A DNA stretch of 44,160 nt from Flavobacteriaceae bacterium (GTDB lineage: Bacteria; Bacteroidota; Bacteroidia; Flavobacteriales; Flavobacteriaceae), in NCBI GenBank assembly GCA_030834365.1, contig JAURFJ010000001.1, positions 1-44,160 of the forward strand, in the 5' to 3' direction. The notes under the pieces were generated by a model that ran no database searches, was not told the origin of the DNA, and saw nothing but the letters and a program-made list of their open reading frames with translations. Below, piece by piece: positions 37,289-44,160 of the stretch. A program made the position numbers and the translations under genes. The stretch's first letter is position 1, and every line of letters starts with the position of its first letter.

Positions 37289-38944
37289 ATGCTTAGTTCA
37301 CTTCACATAAAAAATTATGCGCTTATCGATGAGGTGTTTATCGATTTTAGTCCAGGATTGAATGTGATCACAGGGGAAACCGGGTCGGGTAAGTCAGTGG
37401 TTATGCAAGCGCTTCAACTCGTTTTAGGTGCTAGGGCAGAGGGTGTTAGTTTTTTTGACCCCGAAAAAAAGTGCATTATAGAACTCAATGTGAAAATTGA
37501 TTCTACCTATAGGAACTGGTTTGAAGCCAACGATTTAGACTACGATCAAGATTGCTTCATACGCAGAGAACTTTCAAAACAGGCCAAATCAAGACTGTTC
37601 ATCAACGATACCCCGATTAAACAGTCTGTACTGAACAGTTTAACGGATGAGCTGCTATCGTTTCACTCGCAACACGAATCGTACGGGTTTTTAAAGCCTG
37701 CAGAACAGTTTCAACTAGTAGACGAATTCGCAGCTAATAAAGACTTATTAACGGCGTACAAAGAGCTGCATTCAGCTTATAAGCGCGTATCTGATGAATG
37801 GGAAAAGCTCAGCAGTAAATCGGACGAGTTTGAAAGAGAGTGGGCGTATCAATTGCACTTGAAGAAAGAGCTCGATGAGTTGAACCTCGATCAAATAGAT
37901 CAAGAATCACTCGAGCAGCAGTTCAATATGTACAGTCAGTCTGAAAAAATCGTCGCTCTAATTGGCGAGCTGAACCAAAAGTTTGAACTGGAGCCTTACG
38001 GTTTAATTGACCAACTTCGATCGATTCAGCGCTTACTTTCCGAATTACAACGAATTTCACCCATCTTTTTAAATCTGTTTGAACGTATACAGGCCATTAT
38101 TGTCGAATCTCAAGACATTTCGGACGAGTTGCAGAGCGCTTTAGATGCAGTGGCAATAGACGCGAATGAGTACGAGGAGATTAGTCTGCGACTTTCGGAG
38201 TTGCACCGACTTCAAAAAAAGCACGGAGTAAGCAATTGTGAAGGGCTTATCGAAAAGCGCGATGCGTTGTCGAAGAATTTAGGCACTGATCAGCATTTTC
38301 AAGATCGCATAAACGGGCTAGAGAAACAGCTTGTTGAATTGAAAAATCAGCTGCTACCATTGGCTAAAGAGCTATCTAGTAATCGAAAAAAAGCCGCTCA
38401 AGAACTAAGTGCTACTATTGAAGAGGTGTTGTCTTCTTTAGAAATGCCAGCCGCACAATTAAAGATTGATGTGGTGCAAAGAGATGCTTTTTTGACCACC
38501 GGTACCGATGAGGTTTTATTTAAGTTTCAAGCTAACAAAGGAGCTGAATTACTCGATTTAAAACAGGTTATTTCAGGGGGGGAGCTTTCGCGATTGGCAT
38601 TAGCTATACAGTACATTAAAGGGAAATCAAAGGCTATACCTACTCAGGTTTTTGATGAGATTGATACCGGGGTATCTGGTGAGGTGGCCGAACGTGTGGC
38701 CCAGTTATTTGAGCTTATGGGAAAACGGCATCAGCTTTTGGTTATTACCCATTTGCCGCAGGTTGCAGCCAAGGGCTCGCATCATTTGAAAATAGTCAAA
38801 ACCGAGGCCTCCGGTCGTTCATTTACTAAAGTCATGAAGCTCAGTTCAGCTGAGCGCGAACGTGAGATTGCTTCTATGATTGAAGGCAAAAACCCTTCTC
38901 AGACGGCAATTAGTCATGCAAGAACACTATTGGCAAAGCGTTAG
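37289..38944 (+). CDS. recN: DNA repair protein RecN
   Basis: 551 aa. Walker A GETGSGKS, a long coiled-coil, SMC signature SGGELSR, and Walker B VFDEIDTG. Confidence 0.95.
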   Translation: MLSSLHIKNYALIDEVFIDFSPGLNVITGETGSGKSVVMQALQLVLGARAEGVSFFDPEKKCIIELNVKIDSTYRNWFEANDLDYDQDCFIRRELSKQAKSRLFINDTPIKQSVLNSLTDELLSFHSQHESYGFLKPAEQFQLVDEFAANKDLLTAYKELHSAYKRVSDEWEKLSSKSDEFEREWAYQLHLKKELDELNLDQIDQESLEQQFNMYSQSEKIVALIGELNQKFELEPYGLIDQLRSIQRLLSELQRISPIFLNLFERIQAIIVESQDISDELQSALDAVAIDANEYEEISLRLSELHRLQKKHGVSNCEGLIEKRDALSKNLGTDQHFQDRINGLEKQLVELKNQLLPLAKELSSNRKKAAQELSATIEEVLSSLEMPAAQLKIDVVQRDAFLTTGTDEVLFKFQANKGAELLDLKQVISGGELSRLALAIQYIKGKSKAIPTQVFDEIDTGVSGEVAERVAQLFELMGKRHQLLVITHLPQVAAKGSHHLKIVKTEASGRSFTKVMKLSSAEREREIASMIEGKNPSQTAISHARTLLAKR

Positions 38945-38990
38945 TAAAGGAGCTATTCTTGCTATATTTGAATGTATTAAAAACACATAG

Positions 38991-39806
38991 ATGAATTATA
39001 ACTTATTAAAAGGAAAAAGAGGTATTATCACTGGCGCATTAGACGCTAATTCTATAGCTTGGAAAACAGCGGAACGGGTTCATGAAGAAGGAGGGTCTTT
39101 TGTGCTGACTAATGCACCGATAGCCTTGAGAATGGGAGAATTAAATGCGTTAGCCGAAAAAACAGGGGCATTGGTGATTGCTGCTGACGCGACCTCCACA
39201 GAAGACTTAGCAAGCCTCATAGCAGAGTCTGTTCAACACTTAGGCGGAAAACTTGACTTTGTATTGCACTCTATTGGAATGTCTGTAAATGTTAGAAAAG
39301 GAAGGCACTATACAGACGAGAACTACGACCTTACGACAAAGGGTTGGGACGTTTCAGCACTCTCTTTTCACAAACTACTGCAACAGCTGTATAAACTCGA
39401 TGCCATGAATGAGTGGGGCAGTGTATTAGCGCTAACGTATATGGCTGCTCAGCGAACTTTCCCGGATTACAACGATATGGCCGATAATAAGGCTTACCTT
39501 GAATCTGTGGCTCGAAGTTTTGGCTATTTCTTTGGCAAGGAAAAGAAGGTTCGTGTAAATACCATTTCACAATCTCCAACGGTAACCACCGCCGGAAAAG
39601 GGGTTAAAGGTTTTGATGCCTTCTTGAATTATGCAGAGAAGATGTCTCCACTTGGAAATGCTTCTGCAGATGAATGTGCCGATTATGCGGTTACACTCTT
39701 CTGCGATTTGACGCGAAAAGTAACCATGCAAAATCTCTTTCACGACGGAGGATTCTCATCAACCGGCGTAAGTCAAGAAATTGTAGACTTGTTTTCGGAT
39801 CACTAA
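38991..39806 (+). CDS. fabI: Enoyl-[acyl-carrier-protein] reductase (NADH), FabI type SDR
   Basis: 271 aa. GIITGALDANSIAW dinucleotide fold and a Y-x6-K pair (YNDMADNK). A TATATTTG -7 box lies at 38963-38970. Confidence 0.88.
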   Translation: MNYNLLKGKRGIITGALDANSIAWKTAERVHEEGGSFVLTNAPIALRMGELNALAEKTGALVIAADATSTEDLASLIAESVQHLGGKLDFVLHSIGMSVNVRKGRHYTDENYDLTTKGWDVSALSFHKLLQQLYKLDAMNEWGSVLALTYMAAQRTFPDYNDMADNKAYLESVARSFGYFFGKEKKVRVNTISQSPTVTTAGKGVKGFDAFLNYAEKMSPLGNASADECADYAVTLFCDLTRKVTMQNLFHDGGFSSTGVSQEIVDLFSDH

Positions 39807-39832
39807 TCTCTGAGGATAAAAAACCTGTACCA

Positions 39833-40885
39833 ATGGGTAAACTTGTTCATCTTTACTCCATTGTTGTTCCGGTGTACAATCGGCCAGAAGAGTTGAAGCT
39901 ATTGCTAGATTCGATTGCTATACAGCAGAGTGAAAAAGATTTTGAAGTCGTTGTGGTTGAAGACGGCTCTCAGCTTAGTTCGAAACAGGTTTGTGAACAG
40001 AGTCCAATCTTTTCAAAGATCACCTACCTAGAAAAGTCAAATTCTGGGCCCGGTTTAAGTAGAAACTACGGAATGATGCGTGCTAAAGGCGATTATTTCA
40101 TCATTCTGGATTCAGATTGCATTCTACCCCCGAATTACCTGAGCGAGGTGGATAGAGAGCTCTGTACTCAGTACGCCGATTTTTTTGGCGGGCCTGACGG
40201 GGCCTTAGCTTCGTTTACGCCTGTACAGCAAGCAGTTAACCTTGTGATGACCGCTACCTTAAGCACAGCTGGAATACGAGGCGGGAAGCCCAACTATTTC
40301 GAGCCCAGGAGCTTTAATATGGGTCTTTCTAGCGAGATGTTTAAGGCCACTGGAGGTTTTGGCACAATTCATCCGGGTGAAGATCCAGATTTAGTCATGA
40401 GAGCCTGGAAATTGGGCTATAAATCACGCCTTTTTTCAAACGCCATCGTCTACCATCAACGCAGAATACAGTTTTCATCTTTTTTTAAACAAGTGTTTAA
40501 GTTCGGCAGTGTGAGGCCTATTCTTGAAGTGCTACATCCAGAATTTAAACGACTCATTTTTAAAGGCCCCTCAATCTTTTTAATCTACTTGAGTACTGTA
40601 GTTGTCCTATGTGTAAGCATGCTTCTAGGTCAAACTAGCCTTCAGTTCACAACACTTCTATGTGCACCTTTAGTTGTTTATTTAGGCCTCTTTAAGCTTC
40701 AATTGATCTATAAGACCCGATCGATCAAGTTAACCTCTCTTGCGATTTTAGCCTTTTTTATTCAGATGAGCGGTTACGGTTTGGGGTATATGAGGTCCTC
40801 CGTTCTGCTCGCATGGAACAGAAATAAAAACATTGAAACTCTATTTCCTCATCTCTTTTTTAATCCCATAAAGAAAGGTCAGTAG
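39833..40885 (+). CDS. Family-2 glycosyltransferase with a C-terminal multi-TM domain
   Basis: 350 aa from ATG 39833 (MGKLVHLYSIVVPVYNRPEEL). VVVEDGS and DSD (ILDSDC) motifs, GEDPDL, and about 4 TM helices after residue 270. The track ORF's upstream extension overlaps fabI out of frame and was discarded. Confidence 0.85.
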   Translation: MGKLVHLYSIVVPVYNRPEELKLLLDSIAIQQSEKDFEVVVVEDGSQLSSKQVCEQSPIFSKITYLEKSNSGPGLSRNYGMMRAKGDYFIILDSDCILPPNYLSEVDRELCTQYADFFGGPDGALASFTPVQQAVNLVMTATLSTAGIRGGKPNYFEPRSFNMGLSSEMFKATGGFGTIHPGEDPDLVMRAWKLGYKSRLFSNAIVYHQRRIQFSSFFKQVFKFGSVRPILEVLHPEFKRLIFKGPSIFLIYLSTVVVLCVSMLLGQTSLQFTTLLCAPLVVYLGLFKLQLIYKTRSIKLTSLAILAFFIQMSGYGLGYMRSSVLLAWNRNKNIETLFPHLFFNPIKKGQ

Positions 40886-40886
40886 T

Positions 40887-41819
40887 ATGCGCGAACTCCA
40901 ATTAAAGCAATTCGTATACTTTCTCCTTTTGGCCACTGTAATTTGGTTTTTTAACCACTTGAGCAAACCGTCGACTGTTTCTACCGTTGTTAAGGCTCGT
41001 TTTTCGCAGACTCCTGATTCTCTAACTCTCTTAAGCAATGCGCCATTTGATATACCTGTTCGCGTAACAGCCACAGGCTTTAGATTGCTTTTTACGTTTA
41101 CTTCTAACAAACCTTATGACATACCATTGGATCAAATCGCTGTTGAAAACGGCATTTATTTTTTAGCCCCCGAATATATAGAAAGCGCTTTGCAATCTGC
41201 CTTTTCAGAGTCTCTTACGTTAGTTCGAGCATCGATTTTACCTAAACAGGTAGACGTTGCATTGCTTTCATCAAAACGTGTACCTGTTGTGTCTCAGGTG
41301 ATCACTTCATTTAGGCCTAACCACATTGCTATTGACTCTGCGTCTATTGAGCCGAGTACCATAGAAGTTAGAGGGGTAAAGTCGGTAATTGAGCACTTAG
41401 ACAACGTATACACCAAGGTTGTGCGTTTAGAAGACATACACGAGTCGGTGGCCATTGATTTGCCGCTTGAGCAGCCCGATAATAGTTTGTATAACTATTC
41501 CTCAAATTCAGTGCATTACAGCCTGAATGTGACCCGATTTTCAGAGAATACTTTCGAGCTACCAATAACCGTTCGTACTGATAAACGGTCATTTCGATTG
41601 CTACTATTTCCAGATAAGGTAACCTTGGTATGTAAGGCTTCTACTGAACGCTTAAAGACACTAAAAGCAGACGATTTTGAGGTGTCTGTTGATTTTGATG
41701 CTTCTTCAATGAGACATCCCAGCGATCCGTTAAAGCTTAAATTGACCCGTGTTCCCGATGGTATTTTTCAAGTGTTAGTATTGACAGATTCTGTAAACTA
41801 TATTATCGAGCCCTTATGA
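40887..41819 (+). CDS. Membrane-anchored YbbR-domain repeat protein
   Basis: 310 aa with N-terminal TM FVYFLLLATVIWFF. Repeated units of about 80-90 aa carry the V.P..V.V.G..S....L..V pattern (e.g. IEPSTIEVRGVKSVIEHLDNVYTKVVRLEDI). It starts 1 nt after the GT2 stop and overlaps coaE by 4 nt. Confidence 0.65.
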   Translation: MRELQLKQFVYFLLLATVIWFFNHLSKPSTVSTVVKARFSQTPDSLTLLSNAPFDIPVRVTATGFRLLFTFTSNKPYDIPLDQIAVENGIYFLAPEYIESALQSAFSESLTLVRASILPKQVDVALLSSKRVPVVSQVITSFRPNHIAIDSASIEPSTIEVRGVKSVIEHLDNVYTKVVRLEDIHESVAIDLPLEQPDNSLYNYSSNSVHYSLNVTRFSENTFELPITVRTDKRSFRLLLFPDKVTLVCKASTERLKTLKADDFEVSVDFDASSMRHPSDPLKLKLTRVPDGIFQVLVLTDSVNYIIEPL

Positions 41820-42421
41820 AAAAGATCGCTGTAACGGGAGGTATTGGATCGGGTAAATCTTATGTATGTGATCTTATAGCATCCAAGGGTTTTCCTGTTT
41901 TCAACTCGGATAGTTGGGCTAAGGATTTGATGGTTTCTGACGTGCAATTAAAACGCGCTATTGAGCAGCTCATTGGAGATGAGGCTTATCAATTAGATCA
42001 AGATCATAACATACGAATTAACCAGGCCTATATTGCTTCGAGAATATTTGGGCAAGCAGCATTGAGGCTGCAGCTTGAGCAGCTTGTACATCCGGTGGTT
42101 CGAATGGCATTTGAACAGTGGGTCACGGAGCAAACTACGGCACTGGTTTTTCAAGAATCCGCCCTCATATTGTCTACAGAATACTACAAAAATTTCGATG
42201 CCATTGTATTGGTGTCTTGCTCTGACGAGCTTCGAATTAGTCGAGTAATTCAGCGCGATAACGTCGATCGCATGACCGTGATTTCGAGAATGAAGGCTCA
42301 ACCAGACTTTGAATCTCTTTTAGACCGGGTAACTCATGTCATCCATAACTCCGGTGATCAATCGCTTGAAGATCAAGTGGAGGCCTTGATTGTTGATTTG
42401 ATCGGTCATTCGGATTTATAG
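41816..42421 (+). CDS. coaE: Dephospho-CoA kinase
   Basis: 201 aa with P-loop IAVTGGIGSGKSYV. Confidence 0.92.
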   Translation: MKKIAVTGGIGSGKSYVCDLIASKGFPVFNSDSWAKDLMVSDVQLKRAIEQLIGDEAYQLDQDHNIRINQAYIASRIFGQAALRLQLEQLVHPVVRMAFEQWVTEQTTALVFQESALILSTEYYKNFDAIVLVSCSDELRISRVIQRDNVDRMTVISRMKAQPDFESLLDRVTHVIHNSGDQSLEDQVEALIVDLIGHSDL

Positions 42422-42465
42422 ATGCAACGCCCTAATTTTATAGGAGACAACTAACGTTTTAGGGT

Positions 42466-44067
42466 ATGAATAGAAATGGGCTTTTTGCGACAATTGGATT
42501 GATGACGATTGCTCTATTGGGTTCTATACTCGTGCAGGGTTATTGGATTAAACTTTCACTGGAAAGTCGTTCTGAGGAATTTTCAACGGCTATGATTGAT
42601 GTGATTGAGCATGCTACAGACATCATTGAAGAGCGAGAGCGCAATGATTACTACTCTAAGCTAGCCGTACTTATTGACAGTGTTGGGGCGCCTAAGTCTA
42701 CTCAAATTCGCAACTTTTTTTTTGTTGACCGCAGCTTAACCAACGATGAAATTATTTTTTATTCACACGGTATTTTAGAGCAGGGTTACGATGTCGCTAC
42801 TAGTGCACTTCCCGGATTTAGACAATTAAACAATAGCGACACTACCCGAATTATCAATTTTACTTCGAGAAGAAGTCAGAAAACGTTTAGGCCATCCTCG
42901 TCTCTAGACGGGTCGGCGGTTACATTAGAGCCCATTGATGTAATTGATAAGATCGGTGGGCTGAGCAGTATTGAAAAGGCACAATACGAAGATGTATTCA
43001 TGGAGGCCGCCAAACTCACACCTATACATCAACGAGTGTCGGAGTCTGAGATACGTTTTGTTTTGGATAGAGAAATGCAAAAACGTGGAATCAAAGGTGA
43101 CTTTGAGTTCGGCGTAGAGCGTTTGGCTTATCCCACTTCAGTAAAGTCTGCAGCATACGACTTTGCCGTAAGGCCAAGCTTTTCTGTTCCCTTGTTTAAG
43201 GATAGCGAAGGTTCAAGCGCCTATACCCTAAACGTAATAATCCCCAACAGAGACGCGCTAATTTGGAGAGATGTTATTGGGCTAGTTGTGATTTCTATTT
43301 TTTTCACCCTTATCATCTTGGTGGCGTTCAGTGTAGCCCTGCACCAGCTCTTTACACAGAAAAAAATAGCTGAAATAAAAACAGACTTCATCAACAATAT
43401 GACGCATGAATTTAAGACCCCGATTGCTACGATTAATCTCGCCGTAGAAGCGCTTAAGGTGACTTTTAATTCAGGCAAGGCGCATTCAGAAACTTTCGAC
43501 CGTTACGTAAAAATGATAAAGGATGAGAATAAGCGGATGAATGCACAAGTAGAAAATGTTCTTCAAATATCCCAGTTAGAAAAGGGGCAGTTAACTATTG
43601 AAAGAGAACAAGTTGATCTGCATGATGTGATCGATGAAGCAGTAGAGCGCGTCAAATTATTTGTTGCCGATCAAAATGGCACAATAATTGTTAATAAAGA
43701 AGCAGTTCATGGAAAAATTTGGGGAAATGCAATGCATTTAATCAATGTCTTTGTGAATATACTAGATAATGCCCTTAAATACGCTGATGCAGAACGTGCA
43801 TTACGCATAGAGGTTAAAACGCAAAACATCAACAGAACTGTGGTAGTTACGGTAAAAGATAATGGAAAGGGAATGAGTCGATCTTCTTTGAAGCACATTT
43901 TCGAAAAATTTTACCGTGAGAACACTGGAAATCTTCACAACGTTAAAGGACATGGCTTGGGTCTTGCCTATGTGAAGCAAATTATTGAGGCACATTCTGG
44001 TGAAATTCATGTAGACAGCGAAAAGGGCGTAGGAACTGAATTTTCAATTAAACTCAATTTACACTAG
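42466..44067 (+). CDS. Sensor histidine kinase with a large extracytoplasmic domain
   Basis: 533 aa. TM1 spans residues ~6-28 and TM2 ~269-292. H-box FINNMTHEFKTPIATI, N-box ILDNALKY, and G-boxes DNGKGM and GHGLGLAYV. Confidence 0.92.
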   Translation: MNRNGLFATIGLMTIALLGSILVQGYWIKLSLESRSEEFSTAMIDVIEHATDIIEERERNDYYSKLAVLIDSVGAPKSTQIRNFFFVDRSLTNDEIIFYSHGILEQGYDVATSALPGFRQLNNSDTTRIINFTSRRSQKTFRPSSSLDGSAVTLEPIDVIDKIGGLSSIEKAQYEDVFMEAAKLTPIHQRVSESEIRFVLDREMQKRGIKGDFEFGVERLAYPTSVKSAAYDFAVRPSFSVPLFKDSEGSSAYTLNVIIPNRDALIWRDVIGLVVISIFFTLIILVAFSVALHQLFTQKKIAEIKTDFINNMTHEFKTPIATINLAVEALKVTFNSGKAHSETFDRYVKMIKDENKRMNAQVENVLQISQLEKGQLTIEREQVDLHDVIDEAVERVKLFVADQNGTIIVNKEAVHGKIWGNAMHLINVFVNILDNALKYADAERALRIEVKTQNINRTVVVTVKDNGKGMSRSSLKHIFEKFYRENTGNLHNVKGHGLGLAYVKQIIEAHSGEIHVDSEKGVGTEFSIKLNLH

Positions 44068-44072
44068 TTATC

Positions 44073-44160
44073 ATGGGTGATGCTAATCGAATTTTACTAG
44101 TAGAGGACGATCCTAACTTTGGAATTGTGCTTAAAGATTACTTAGGCTTAAATGGCTTTG
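44073..44160 (+). CDS. Response regulator receiver domain (partial; continues past the window end), probably OmpR/RprY-like
   Basis: My translation is MGDANRILLVEDDPNFGIVLKDYLGLNGF..., a classic receiver N-terminus. It starts 5 nt after the kinase stop. Confidence 0.8.
   Translation, partial: MGDANRILLVEDDPNFGIVLKDYLGLNGF

Noticed and set aside
39674-39832. A 53-codon extension of the GT2 ORF overlapping the 3' end of fabI (MCRLCGYTLL...).
   Set aside because: It is an out-of-frame read-through of the fabI coding sequence, basic and low-complexity. The GT2 fold begins right after the internal Met (MGKLVHLYSIVVPVYN), which lies 26 nt after the fabI stop.
42430-42464. Possible hairpin CCCTAA...TTAGGG between coaE and the histidine kinase.
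   Set aside because: It has only a 6-bp stem with a 23-nt loop and no T-tract. It is not credible as a terminator or a structured regulator.

Overview
This window looks like a very tightly packed core-genome segment of a Bacteroidota chromosome, probably Flavobacteriia-like. The taxon call rests on four things: TAnnTTTG -7 boxes 17-33 nt upstream of start codons, no Shine-Dalgarno sequences, the bamD-rpoZ-coaBC-DUF4835-recN gene order, and DUF4252/DUF4294-type genes. I call 46 protein genes (2 partial) and no RNA genes. Nearly all are housekeeping. They include dnaA, priA, ligA, recN, hisS, rpsF-rpsR-rplI, trmD-rplS, purB, ribD, dapA, dapF, coaBC, coaE, fabI, monomeric icd, a serB-serA fusion, bamD, rpoZ, mltG and htrA. 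I see no transposase, integrase, phage, CRISPR, toxin-antitoxin or recognisable defence genes, and no tRNA or rRNA. I therefore do not find a convincing novel multi-gene system here. The best lead is the small accessory-like module at the left edge. It consists of an ECF sigma factor, a putative single-pass anti-sigma and a secreted DUF4252 protein, with an S41/PDZ lipoprotein protease encoded divergently. That module carries two exact copies of a classical ECF promoter, TGTAAC-N16-CGTC, with a shared spacer core. One copy lies upstream of the sigma gene and one is buried inside the anti-sigma ORF upstream of DUF4252. Secondary leads are an 11-bp-phased direct repeat abutting the htrA promoter, a membrane GT2 coupled to an orphan YbbR-domain protein, a terminator that abuts the start codon of an unknown acidic protein, a 56-nt convergent gene overlap, and very high coding density (about 96%). 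All family names come from my own reading of the translated ORFs and from memory. No searches were run.
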